DNA of 64,000 bases, taken from positions 438,464,001 to 438,528,000 of the forward strand of contig OZ024740.1 in the NCBI GenBank assembly GCA_964016885.1, read 5' to 3'. Shown here piece after piece: positions 46,601-62,600 of the stretch (position 1 is the stretch's first letter; each line of letters opens with the position of its first letter). The stretch comes from Eledone cirrhosa. Its lineage: Eukaryota. The notes under the pieces were generated by a model. The model was not told where the DNA came from. It saw only the letters and a list, made by a program, of their open reading frames with translations, and ran no database searches. A program made the translations under genes and the position numbers.

Positions 46601-49600
46601 ATAGAACACACCTTTATAGAACACACCTTTATAGAACATACCTCTATATAACATACCTTAATAGAACACACCTTTATAGAACACACCTTTATAGAACACA
46701 CCTTTATAGAACACACCTTTATAGAACATACCTTAATAGATCATACCTTTAGAGTTATTACCTTTATAGAACAGACCTTTATAGAACATACCTTTATAGA
46801 ACACACCTTTATAGTACATACCTTAATAGAACATACCTTTATAGAACATACCTTTATAGAAAATACCTTTATAGTACATACCTTTATAGAACATACCTTT
46901 ATAGAAAATACCTTTATAGAACATACCTTTAGAGAATATACCATTATAGAACAGACCTTTATAGAACATACCTTTATAGAACATACCTTTATAGAACACA
47001 CCTTAATAGAACACACCTTTATAGAATAGAGCTTTATAGAACATACCTTTATAGAACATACCTTAATAGAACATGCCTTTATAGAACAGACCTTTATAGA
47101 ACACACCTTTATAGAACACACCTTTATAGAACATACCTCTATATAACATACCTTAATAGAACACACCTTTATAGAACACACCTTTATAGAACACACCTTT
47201 ATAGAACACACCTTTATAGAACATACCTTAATAGATAATACCTTTAGAGTTATTACCTTTATAGAACAGACCTTTATAGAACATACCTTTATAGAACACA
47301 CCTTTATAGTACATACCTTAATAGAACATACCTTTATAGAACATACCTTTATAGAACACACCTTAATAGAACATGCCTTTATAGAACAGACCTTTATAGA
47401 ACATACCTTTATAGTACATACCTTTATAGAACATACCTTTATAGAACATACCTTTATAGAACATACCTTTATAGTACATACCTTAATAGAACATACCTTT
47501 AGAGAACAGACCTTAATAGAACACATCTTTATAGAACACACCTTTATAGAACATAGCTTAATAGAACATACCTTTATAGAACAGACCTTTATAGAACATA
47601 CCTTCATAGAACATACCTTTATAGTACAAACCTTTATAGTACATACCTTTATAGTACATACCTTTATAGAATATACCTTTATAGAACAGACCTTTATAGA
47701 ACACACCTTTATAGAACATACCTTTATAGAACATACTTTAATAGAACATGCCTTTATAGAACAGATCTTTATAGAACATACCTTTATAGAACATACCTTT
47801 ATAGAACAGACCTTTATAGAACATACTTTAATAGAACATGCCTTCATAGAACAGACCTTTATCGAACATACTTTTATAGAACATACCTTTATAGAACATA
47901 CCTTTATAGAATATACCTTTATAGAACATAGCTTTATAGAACACACCTTTATAGAACATACCTTTATAGAACATACCTTTATAGAACATACCTTTATAGA
48001 ACATACCTTTATAGAACATACCTTTATAGAACACACCTTTATAGAACAGACCTTTATAGAATATACCTTCATAGAACACACCTTTATAGAACATACCTTT
48101 ATAGAACATACCTTTATAGAACATAACTTTATAGAACACACCTTTATAGAACAGACCTTTATAGAACATACCTTTATAGAACACACCTTTATAGAACATA
48201 CCTTTATAGAACAGACCTTTATACAACACACCTTTATAGAACATACCTTTATAGAACACACCTTTATAGAACATACCTTTACAGAATAGACCTTTATAGA
48301 ACATACCTTTATAGAACAGACCTTTATAGAACATACCTTTATAGAACATACTTTAATAGAACATGCCTTTATAGAACAGACCTTTATAGAACAGACCTTT
48401 ATAGAAATACCTTTATAGTACATACCTTTATAGAACATACCTTTATAGAAAATACCTTTATAGTACCTACCTTTATAGAACATACCTTTATAGAAAATAC
48501 CTTTATAGAACATACCTTTATAGAACATACCTTTATAGAAAATAGCTTTATAGTACATACCTTAATAGAACATACCTTTATAGAACATACCTTTATAGAA
48601 AATACCTTTATAGAACATACCTTTAGAGAATATACCATTATAGAACAGACCTTTATAGACCATACCTTTATAGTACATACCTTTATAGTTACTAACTTTA
48701 TAGAACATACCTTTATAGAAAATACCTTTATAGAACAGACCTTTATAGAAATACCTTTATAGTACATACCTTTATAGAAGATACCTTTATAGAAAATACC
48801 TTTATAGAACATACCTTTATAGAACATACCTTTATAGAAAATAACTTTATAGTACATAACTTTATAGAACATACCTTTATAGAAAATACCTTTATAGTAC
48901 ATACCTTTATAGAACATACCTTTATAGAAAACACCTTTATAGTACATACCTTAATAGAACATACCTTTATAGAACATACCTTTATAGAAAATACCTTTAT
49001 AGTACATACCTTTATAGAACATACCTTTATAGAAAATACCTTTATAGAACATACCTTTAGAGAATATACCATTATAGAAAATACCTTTATAGAACATACC
49101 TTTATAGAACATACCTTTATAGAACACACCTTAATAGAACACACCTTTATAGAATAGAGCTTTATAGAACATACCTTTATAGAACATACCTTTATAGAAC
49201 ATACCTTTATAGAACACACCTAAATAGAACACACCTTTATAGAATAGAGCTTTATAGAACATACCTTTATAGAACATACCTTTATAGAACAGACCTTTAT
49301 AGAACATACCTTTATAGTACATACATTTATAGTACATACCTTTATAGTTACTAACTTTATAGAACATACCTTTATAGAAAATACCTTTATAGAACAGACC
49401 TTTATAGAAATACCTTTATAGTACATACCTTTATAGAACATACCTTTATAGAAAATACCTTTATAGAACATACCTTTATAGAACATACCTTTATAGAAAA
49501 TACCTTTATAGTACATACCTTTATAGAACATACCTTTATAGAAAATACCTTTATAGTACATACCTTTATAGAACATACCTTTATAGAAAATACCTTTATA

Positions 49601-50035
49601 GAACATACCTTTAGAGAATATACCATTATAGAACAGACCTTTATAGAACATACCTTTATAGAACATACCTTTATAGAACACACCTTAATAGAACACACCT
49701 TTATAGAATAGAGCTTTATAGAACATACCTTTATAGAACATACCTTAATAGAACATGCCTTTATAGAACAGACCTTTATAGAACACACCTTTATAGAACA
49801 CACCTTTATAGAACATACCTCTATATAACATACCTTAATAGAACACACCTTTATAGAACACACCTTTATAGAACACACCTTTATAGAACACACCTTTATA
49901 GAACATACCTTAATAGATCATACCTTTAGAGTTATTACCTTTATAGAACAGACCTTTATAGAACATACCTTTATAGAACACACCTTTATAGTACATACCT
50001 TAATAGAACATACCTTTATAGAACATACCTTTATA
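43680..50035. repeat. 3,177-bp tandem duplication (one HOR plus 33 monomers)
   Basis: The private GATAATACC monomer occurs near 44057 and 47234 only. ORF pairs 44651/47828, 45222/48399 and 46225/49402 are offset by 3177. Confidence 0.85.
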
Positions 50036-52769
50036 GAACACACCTTAATAGAACATGCCTTTATAGAACAGACCTTTATAGAACATACCTTTATAGTACA
50101 TACCTTTATAGAACATACCTTTATAGAACATACCTTTATAGAACATACCTTTATAGTACATACCTTAATAGAACATACCTTTAGAGAACAGACCTTAATA
50201 GAACACATCTTTATAGAACACACCTTTATAGAACATAGCTTAATAGAACATACCTTTATAGAACAGACCTTTATAGAACATACCTTCATAGAACATACCT
50301 TTATAGTACAAACCTTTATAGTACATACCTTTATAGTACATACCTTTATAGAATATACCTTTATAGAACAGACCTTTATAGAACACACCTTTATAGAACA
50401 TACCTTTATAGAACATACTTTAATAGAACATGCCTTTATAGAACAGATCTTTATAGAACATACCTTTATAGAACATACCTTTATAGAACAGACCTTTATA
50501 GAACATACTTTAATAGAACATGCCTTCATAGAACAGACCTTTATCGAACATACTTTTATAGAACATACCTTTATAGAACATACCTTTATAGAATATACCT
50601 TTATAGAACATAGCTTTATAGAACACACCTTTATAGAACATACCTTTATAGAACATACCTTTATAGAACATACCTTTATAGAACATACCTTTATAGAACA
50701 TACCTTTATAGAACAAACCTTTATAGAACAGACCTTTATAGAATATACCTTCATAGAACACACCTTTATAGAACATACCTTTATAGAACATACCTTTATA
50801 GAACATAACTTTATAGAACACACCTTTATAGAACAGACCTTTATAGAACATACCTTTATAGAACACACCTTTATAGAACATACCTTTATAGAACAGACCT
50901 TTATACAACACACCTTTATAGAACATACCTTTATAGAACACACCTTTATAGAACATACCTTTACAGAATAGACCTTTATAGAACATACCTTTATAGAACA
51001 GACCTTTATAGAACATACCTTTATAGAACATACTTTAATAGAACATGCCTTTATAGAACAGACCTTTATAGAACAGACCTTTATAGAAATACCTTTATAG
51101 TACATACCTTTATAGAACATACCTTTATAGAAAATACCTTTATAGTACCTACCTTTATAGAACATACCTTTATAGAAAATACCTTTATAGAACATACCTT
51201 TATAGAACATACCTTTATAGAAAATAGCTTTATAGTACATACCTTAATAGAACATACCTTTATAGAACATACCTTTATAGAAAATACCTTTATAGAACAT
51301 ACCTTTAGAGAATATACCATTATAGAACAGACCTTTATAGACCATACCTTTATAGTACATACCTTTATAGTTACTAACTTTATAGAACATACCTTTATAG
51401 AAAATACCTTTATAGAACAGACCTTTATAGAAATACCTTTATAGTACATACCTTTATAGAAGATACCTTTATAGAAAATAACTTTATAGTACATAACTTT
51501 ATAGAACATACCTTTATAGAAAATACCTTTATAGTACATACCTTTATAGAACATACCTTTATAGAAAACACCTTTATAGTACATACCTTAATAGAACATA
51601 CCTTTATAGAACATACCTTTATAGAAAATACCTTTATAGTACATACCTTTATAGAACATACCTTTATAGAAAATACCTTTATAGAACATACCTTTAGAGA
51701 ATATACCATTATAGAAAATACCTTTATAGAACATACCTTTATAGAACATACCTTTATAGAACACACCTTAATAGAACACACCTTTATAGAATAGAGCTTT
51801 ATAGAACATACCTTTATAGAACATACCTTTATAGAACATACCTTTATAGAACACACCTAAATAGAACACACCTTTATAGAATAGAGCTTTATAGAACATA
51901 CCTTTATAGAACATACCTTTATAGTACATACATTTATAGTACATACCTTTATAGTTACTAACTTTATAGAACATACCTTTATAGAAAATACCTTTATAGA
52001 ACAGACCTTTATAGAAATACCTTTATAGTACATACCTTTATAGAACATACCTTTATAGAAAATACCTTTATAGAACATACCTTTATAGAACATACCTTTA
52101 TAGAAAATACCTTTATAGTACATACCTTTATAGAACATACCTTTATAGAAAATACCTTTATAGTACATACCTTTATAGAACATACCTTTATAGAAAATAC
52201 CTTTATAGAACATACCTTTAGAGAATATACCATTATAGAACAGACCTTTATAGAACATACCTTTATAGAACATACCTTTATAGAACACACCTTAATAGAA
52301 CACACCTTTATAGAATAGAGCTTTATAGAACATACCTTTATAGAACATACCTTAATAGAACATGCCTTTATAGAACAGACCTTTATAGAACACACCTTTA
52401 TAGAACACACCTTTATAGAACATACCTCTATATAACATACCTTAATAGAACACACCTTTATAGAACACACCTTTATAGAACACACCTTTATAGAACACAC
52501 CTTTATAGAACATACCTTAATAGATCATACCTTTAGAGTTATTACCTTTATAGAACAGACCTTTATAGAACATACCTTTATAGAACACACCTTTATAGTA
52601 CATACCTTAATAGAACATACCTTTATAGAACATACCTTTATAGAACACACCTTAATAGAACATGCCTTTAAAGAACAGACCTTTATAGAACATACCTTTA
52701 TAGTACATACCTTTATAGAACATACCTTTATAGAACATACCTTTATAGAACATACCTTTATAGAACATA

Positions 52770-55730
52770 CCTTTAGAGAAAATACCTTTATAGTACATAC
52801 CTTTATAGAACATACCTTTATAGAAAACACCTTTATAGTACATACCTTAATAGAACATACCTTTATAGAACATACCTTTATAGAAAATACCTTTATAGTA
52901 CATACCTTTATAGAACATACCTTTATAGAAATACCTTTATAGAACATACCTTTAGAGAATATAGCATTATAGAACATACCTTTATAGAACATACCTTTAT
53001 AGAACATACCTTTATAGAACACACCTTAATAGAACACACCTTTATAGAATAGAGCTTTATAGAACATACCTTTATAGAACATACCTTTATAGAACAGACC
53101 TTTATAGAACATACCTTTATAGTACATACCTTTATAGTACATACCTTTATAGTTACTAACTTTATAGAACATACCTTTATAGAAAATACCTTTATAGAAC
53201 AGACCTTTATAGAAATACCTTTATAGTACCTACCTTTATAGAACATACCTTTATAGAAAATACCTTTATAGAACATACCTTTATAGAACATACCTTTATA
53301 GAAAATAGCTTTATAGTACATACCTTAATAGAACATACCTTTATAGAACATACCTTTATAGAAAATACCTTTATAGAACATACCTTTAGAGAATATACCA
53401 TTATAGAACAGACCTTTATAGAACATACCTTTATAGTACATACCTTTATAGTTACTAACTTTATAGAACATACCTTTATAGAAAATACCTTTATAGAACA
53501 GACCTTTATAGAAATACCTTTATAGTACATACCTTTATAGAAGATACCTTTATAGAAAATACCTTTATAGAACATACCTTTATAGAACATACCTTTATAG
53601 AAAATAACTTTATAGTACATACCTTTATAGAACATACCTTTATAGAAAATACCTTTATAGTACATACCTTTATAGAACATACCTTTATAGAAAACACCTT
53701 TATAGTACATACCTTAATAGAACATACCTTTATAGAACATACCTTTATAGAAAATACCTTTATAGTACATACCTTTATAGAACATACCTTTATAGAAAAT
53801 ACCTTTATAGAACATACCTTTATAGAACATACCTTTATAGAACACACCTAAATAGAACACACCTTTATAGAATAGAGCTTTATAGAACATACCTTTATAG
53901 AACATACCTTTATAGAACAGACCTTTATAGAACATACCTTTATAGTACATACCTTTATAGTACATACCTTTATAGTTACTAACTTTATAGAACATACCTT
54001 TATAGAAAATACCTTTATAGAACAGACCTTTATAGAAATACCTTTATAGTACATACCTTTATAGAACATACCTTTATAGAAAATACCTTTATAGAACATA
54101 CCTTTATAGAACATACCTTTATAGAAAATACCTTTATAATACATACCTTTATAGAACATACCTTTATAGAAAATACCTTTATAGTACATACCTTTATAGA
54201 ACATACCTTTATAGAAAATACCTTTATAGAACATACCTTTAGAGAATATACCATTATAGAACAGACCTTTATAGAACATACCTTTATAGAACATACCTTT
54301 ATAGAACACACCTTAATAGAACACACCTTTATAGAATAGAGCTTTATAGAACATACCTTTATAGAACATACCTTAATAGAACATGCCTTTATAGAACAGA
54401 CCTTTATAGAACACACCTTTATAGAACACACCTTTATAGAACATACCTCTATATAACATACCTTAATAGAACACACCTTTATAGAACACACCTTTATAGA
54501 ACACACCTTTATAGAACACACCTTTATAGAACATACCTTAATAGATCATACCTTTAGAGTTATTACCTTTATAGAACAGACCTTTATAGAACATACCTTT
54601 ATAGAACACACCTTTATAGTACATACCTTAATAGAACATACCTTTATAGAACATACCTTTATAGAACACACCTTAATAGAACATGCCTTTATAGAACAGA
54701 CCTTTATAGAACATACCTTTATAGTACATACCTTTATAGAACATACCTTTATAGAACATACCTTTATAGAACATACCTTTATAGTACATACCTTAATAGA
54801 ACATACCTTTAGAGAACAGACCTTAATAGAACACATCTTTATAGAACACACCTTTATAGAACATAGCTTAATAGAACATACCTTTATAGAACAGACCTTT
54901 ATAGAACATACCTTCATAGAACATACCTTTATAGTACAAACCTTTATAGTACATACCTTTATAGTACATACCTTTATAGAATATACCTTTATAGAACAGA
55001 CCTTTATAGAACACACCTTTATAGAACATACCTTTATAGAACATACTTTAATAGAACATGCCTTTATAGAACAGATCTTTATAGAACATACCTTTATAGA
55101 ACATACCTTTATAGAACAGACCTTTATAGAACATACTTTAATAGAACATGCCTTCATAGAACAGACCTTTATCGAACATACTTTTATAGAACATACCTTT
55201 ATAGAACATACCTTTATAGAATATACCTTTATAGAACATAGCTTTATAGAACACACCTTTATAGAACATACCTTTATAGAACATACCTTTATAGAACATA
55301 CCTTTATAGAACATACCTTTATAGAACATACCTTTATAGAACACACCTTTATAGAACAGACCTTTATAGAATATACCTTCATAGAACACACCTTTATAGA
55401 ACATACCTTTATAGAACATACCTTTATAGAACATAACTTTATAGAACACACCTTTATAGAACAGACCTTTATAGAACATACCTTTATAGAACACACCTTT
55501 ATAGAACATACCTTTATAGAACAGACCTTTATACAACACACCTTTATAGAACATACCTTTATAGAACACACCTTTATAGAACATACCTTTACAGAATAGA
55601 CCTTTATAGAACATACCTTTATAGAACAGACCTTTATAGAACATACCTTTATAGAACATACTTTAATAGAACATGCCTTTATAGAACAGACCTTTATAGA
55701 ACAGACCTTTATAGAAATACCTTTATAGTA
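52770..55730. repeat. Long-range copy of about 42300-45245 (offset 10,472-10,487 bp)
   Basis: The private GAATATAGCATTATAG marker occurs near 42485 and 52957 only. ORF pairs 42451/52923 and 42735/53207 are offset by 10472; 43019/53506, 43543/54030 and 45222/55709 by 10487. Confidence 0.87.
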
Positions 55731-56668
55731 CATACCTTTAGAGAACAGACCTTAATAGAACACATCTTTATAGAACACACCTTTATAGAACATAGCTTAA
55801 TAGAACATACCTTTATAGAACAGACCTTTATAGAACATACCTTCATAGAACATACCTTTATAGTACAAACCTTTATAGTACATACCTTTATAGTACATAC
55901 CTTTATAGAATATACCTTTATAGAACAGACCTTTATAGAACACACCTTTATAGAACATACCTTTATAGAACATACTTTAATAGAACATGCCTTTATAGAA
56001 CAGATCTTTATAGAACATACCTTTATAGAACATACCTTTATAGAACAGACCTTTATAGAACATACTTTAATAGAACATGCCTTCATAGAACAGACCTTTA
56101 TCGAACATACTTTTATAGAACATACCTTTATAGAACATACCTTTATAGAATATACCTTTATAGAACATAGCTTTATAGAACACACCTTTATAGAACATAC
56201 CTTTATAGAACATACCTTTATAGAACATACCTTTATAGAACATACCTTTATAGAACATACCTTTATAGAACACACCTTTATAGAACAGACCTTTATAGAA
56301 TATACCTTCATAGAACACACCTTTATAGAACATACCTTTATAGAACATACCTTTATAGAACATAACTTTATAGAACACACCTTTATAGAACAGACCTTTA
56401 TAGAACATACCTTTATAGAACACACCTTTATAGAACATACCTTTATAGAACAGACCTTTATACAACACACCTTTATAGAACATACCTTTATAGAACACAC
56501 CTTTATAGAACATACCTTTACAGAATAGACCTTTATAGAACATACCTTTATAGAACAGACCTTTATAGAACATACCTTTATAGAACATACTTTAATAGAA
56601 CATGCCTTTATAGAACAGACCTTTATAGAACAGACCTTTATAGAAATACCTTTATAGTACATACCTTT
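54811..56668. repeat. 929-bp tandem sub-HOR duplication (62 monomers, one 14-mer)
   Basis: AGAGAACAGACCTTAATAGAACACATC occurs at 54811 and 55740. ORFs 55138..55659 and 56067..56588 are identical, and TCGA occurs at 55172 and 56101. Confidence 0.88.
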
Positions 56669-59600
56669 ATAGAACATACCTTTATAGAAAATACCTTTAT
56701 AGTACCTACCTTTATAGAACATACCTTTATAGAAAATACCTTTATAGAACATACCTTTATAGAACATACCTTTATAGAAAATAGCTTTATAGTACATACC
56801 TTAATAGAACATACCTTTATAGAACATACCTTTATAGAAAATACCTTTATAGAACATACCTTTAGAGAATATACCATTATAGAACAGACCTTTATAGACC
56901 ATACCTTTATAGTACATACCTTTATAGTTACTAACTTTATAGAACATACCTTTATAGAAAATACCTTTATAGAACAGACCTTTATAGAAATACCTTTATA
57001 GTACATACCTTTATAGAAGATACCTTTATAGAAAATACCTTTATAGAACATACCTTTATAGAACATACCTTTATAGAAAATAACTTTATAGTACATAACT
57101 TTATAGAACATACCTTTATAGAAAATACCTTTATAGTACATACCTTTATAGAACATACCTTTATAGAAAACACCTTTATAGTACATACCTTAATAGAACA
57201 TACCTTTATAGAACATACCTTTATAGAAAATACCTTTATAGTACATACCTTTATAGAACATACCTTTATAGAAAATACCTTTATAGAACATACCTTTAGA
57301 GAATATACCATTATAGAAAATACCTTTATAGAACATACCTTTATAGAACATACCTTTATAGAACACACCTTAATAGAACACACCTTTATAGAATAGAGCT
57401 TTATAGAACATACCTTTATAGAACATACCTTTATAGAACATACCTTTATAGAACACACCTAAATAGAACACACCTTTATAGAATAGAGCTTTATAGAACA
57501 TACCTTTATAGAACATACCTTTATAGAACAGACCTTTATAGAACATACCTTTATAGTACATACATTTATAGTACATACCTTTATAGTTACTAACTTTATA
57601 GAACATACCTTTATAGAAAATACCTTTATAGAACAGACCTTTATAGAAATACCTTTATAGTACATACCTTTATAGAACATACCTTTATAGAAAATACCTT
57701 TATAGAACATACCTTTATAGAACATACCTTTATAGAAAATACCTTTATAGTACATACCTTTATAGAACATACCTTTATAGAAAATACCTTTATAGTACAT
57801 ACCTTTATAGAACATACCTTTATAGAAAATACCTTTATAGAACATACCTTTAGAGAATATACCATTATAGAACAGACCTTTATAGAACATACCTTTATAG
57901 AACATACCTTTATAGAACACACCTTAATAGAACACACCTTTATAGAATAGAGCTTTATAGAACATACCTTTATAGAACATACCTTAATAGAACATGCCTT
58001 TATAGAACAGACCTTTATAGAACACACCTTTATAGAACACACCTTTATAGAACATACCTCTATATAACATACCTTAATAGAACACACCTTTATAGAACAC
58101 ACCTTTATAGAACACACCTTTATAGAACACACCTTTATAGAACATACCTTAATAGATCATACCTTTAGAGTTATTACCTTTATAGAACAGACCTTTATAG
58201 AACATACCTTTATAGAACACACCTTTATAGTACATACCTTAATAGAACATACCTTTATAGAACATACCTTTATAGAACACACCTTAATAGAACATGCCTT
58301 TATAGAACAGACCTTTATAGAACATACCTTTATAGTACATACCTTTATAGAACATACCTTTATAGAACATACCTTTATAGAACATACCTTTATAGTACAT
58401 ACCTTAATAGAACATACCTTTAGAGAACAGACCTTAATAGAACACATCTTTATAGAACACACCTTTATAGAACATAGCTTAATAGAACATACCTTTATAG
58501 AACAGACCTTTATAGAACATACCTTCATAGAACATACCTTTATAGTACAAACCTTTATAGTACATACCTTTATAGTACATACCTTTATAGAATATACCTT
58601 TATAGAACAGACCTTTATAGAACACACCTTTATAGAACATACCTTTATAGAACATACTTTAATAGAACATGCCTTTATAGAACAGATCTTTATAGAACAT
58701 ACCTTTATAGAACATACCTTTATAGAACAGACCTTTATAGAACATACTTTAATAGAACATGCCTTCATAGAACAGACCTTTATCGAACATACTTTTATAG
58801 AACATACCTTTATAGAACATACCTTTATAGAATATACCTTTATAGAACATAGCTTTATAGAACACACCTTTATAGAACATACCTTTATAGAACATACCTT
58901 TATAGAACATACCTTTATAGAACATACCTTTATAGAACATACCTTTATAGAACACACCTTTATAGAACAGACCTTTATAGAATATACCTTCATAGAACAC
59001 ACCTTTATAGAACATACCTTTATAGAACATACCTTTATAGAACATAACTTTATAGAACACACCTTTATAGAACAGACCTTTATAGAACATACCTTTATAG
59101 AACACACCTTTATAGAACATACCTTTATAGAACAGACCTTTATACAACACACCTTTATAGAACATACCTTTATAGAACACACCTTTATAGAACATACCTT
59201 TACAGAATAGACCTTTATAGAACATACCTTTATAGAACAGACCTTTATAGAACATACCTTTATAGAACATACTTTAATAGAACATGCCTTTATAGAACAG
59301 ACCTTTATAGAACAGACCTTTATAGAAATACCTTTATAGTACATACCTTTATAGAACATACCTTTATAGAAAATACCTTTATAGTACCTACCTTTATAGA
59401 ACATACCTTTATAGAAAATACCTTTATAGAACATACCTTTATAGAACATACCTTTATAGAAAATAGCTTTATAGTACATACCTTAATAGAACATACCTTT
59501 ATAGAACATACCTTTATAGAAAATACCATTATAGAACATACCTTTAGAGAATATACCATTATAGAACAGACCTTTATAGACCATACCTTTATAGTACATA

Positions 59601-62600
59601 CCTTTATAGTTACTAACTTTATAGAACATACCTTTATAGAAAATACCTTTATAGAACAGACCTTTATAGAAATACCTTTATAGTACATACCTTTATAGAA
59701 GATACCTTTATAGAAAATACCTTTATAGAACATACCTTTATAGAACATACCTTTATAGAAAATAACTTTATAGTACATAACTTTATAGAACATACCTTTA
59801 TAGAAAATACCTTTATAGTACATACCTTTATAGAACATACCTTTATAGAAAACACCTTTATAGTACATACCTTAATAGAACATACCTTTATAGAACATAC
59901 CTTTATAGAAAATACCTTTATAGTACATACCTTTATAGAACATACCTTTATAGAAAATACCTTTATAGAACATACCTTTAGAGAATATACCATTATAGAA
60001 AATACCTTTATAGAACATACCTTTATAGAACATACCTTTATAGAACACACCTTAATAGAACACACCTTTATAGAATAGAGCTTTATAGAACATACCTTTA
60101 TAGAACATACCTTTATAGAACATACCTTTATAGAACACACCTAAATAGAACACACCTTTATAGAATAGAGCTTTATAGAACATACCTTTATAGAACATAC
60201 CTTTATAGAACAGACCTTTATAGAACATACCTTTATAGTACATACATTTATAGTACATACCTTTATAGTTACTAACTTTATAGAACATACCTTTATAGAA
60301 AATACCTTTATAGAACAGACCTTTATAGAAATACCTTTATAGTACATACCTTTATAGAACATACCTTTATAGAAAATACCTTTATAGAACATACCTTTAT
60401 AGAACATACCTTTATAGAAAATACCTTTATAGTACATACCTTTATAGAACATACCTTTATAGAAAATACCTTTATAGTACATACCTTTATAGAACATACC
60501 TTTATAGAAAATACCTTTATAGAACATACCTTTAGAGAATATACCATTATAGAACAGACCTTTATAGAACATACCTTTATAGAACATACCTTTATAGAAC
60601 ACACCTTAATAGAACACACCTTTATAGAATAGAGCTTTATAGAACATACCTTTATAGAACATACCTTAATAGAACATGCCTTTATAGAACAGACCTTTAT
60701 AGAACACACCTTTATAGAACACACCTTTATAGAACATACCTCTATATAACATACCTTAATAGAACACACCTTTATAGAACACACCTTTATAGAACACACC
60801 TTTATAGAACACACCTTTATAGAACATACCTTAATAGATCATACCTTTAGAGTTATTACCTTTATAGAACAGACCTTTATAGAACATACCTTTATAGAAC
60901 ACACCTTTATAGTACATACCTTAATAGAACATACCTTTATAGAACATACCTTTATAGAACACACCTTAATAGAACATGCCTTTATAGAACAGACCTTTAT
61001 AGAACATACCTTTATAGTACATACCTTTATAGAACATACCTTTATAGAACATACCTTTATAGAACATACCTTTATAGTACATACCTTAATAGAACATACC
61101 TTTAGAGAACAGACCTTAATAGAACGAATCTTTATAGAACACACCTTTATAGAACATAGCTTAATAGAACATACCTTTATAGAACAGACCTTTATAGAAC
61201 ATACCTTCATAGAACATACCTTTATAGTACAAACCTTTATAGTACATACCTTTATAGTACATACCTTTATAGAATATACCTTTATAGAACAGACCTTTAT
61301 AGAACACACCTTTATAGAACATACCTTTATAGAACATACTTTAATAGAACATGCCTTTATAGAACAGATCTTTATAGAACATACCTTTATAGAACATACC
61401 TTTATAGAACAGACCTTTATAGAACATACTTTAATAGAACATGCCTTTATAGAACAGACCTTTATCGAACATACTTTTATAGAACATACCTTTATAGAAC
61501 ATACCTTTATAGAATATACCTTTATAGAACATAGCTTTATAGAACACACCTTTATAGAACATACCTTTATAGAACATACCTTTATAGAACATACCTTTAT
61601 AGAACATACCTTTATAGAACATACCTTTATAGAACACACCTTTATAGAACAGACCTTTATAGAATATACCTTCATAGAACACACCTTTATAGAACATACC
61701 TTTATAGAACATACCTTTATAGAACATAACTTTATAGAACACACCTTTATAGAACAGACCTTTATAGAACATACCTTTATAGAACACACCTTTATAGAAC
61801 ATACCTTTATAGAACAGACCTTTATACAACACACCTTTATAGAACATACCTTTATAGAACACACCTTTATAGAACATACCTTTATAGAACAGACCTTTAT
61901 AGAACATACCTTTATAGAACATACTTTAATAGAACATGCCTTTATAGAACAGACCTTTATAGAACAGACCTTTATAGAAATACCTTTATAGTACATACCT
62001 TTATAGAACATACCTTTATAGAAAATACCTTTATAGTACCTACCTTTATAGAACATACCTTTATAGAAAATACCTTTATAGAACATACCTTTATAGAACA
62101 TACCTTTATAGAAAATAGCTTTATAGTACATACCTTAATAGAACATACCTTTATAGAACATACCTTTATAGAAAATACCTTTATAGAACATACCTTTAGA
62201 GAATATACCATTATAGAACAGACCTTTATAGACCATACCTTTATAGTACATACCTTTATAGTTACTAACTTTATAGAACATACCTTTATAGAAAATACCT
62301 TTATAGAACAGACCTTTATAGAAATACCTTTATAGTACATACCTTTATAGAAGATACCTTTATAGAAAATACCTTTATAGAACATACCTTTATAGAACAT
62401 ACCTTTATAGAAAATAACTTTATAGTACATAACTTTATAGAACATACCTTTATAGAAAATACCTTTATAGTACATACCTTTATAGAACATACCTTTATAG
62501 AAAACACCTTTATAGTACATACCTTAATAGAACATACCTTTATAGAACATACCTTTATAGAAAATACCTTTATAGTACATACCTTTATAGAACATACCTT

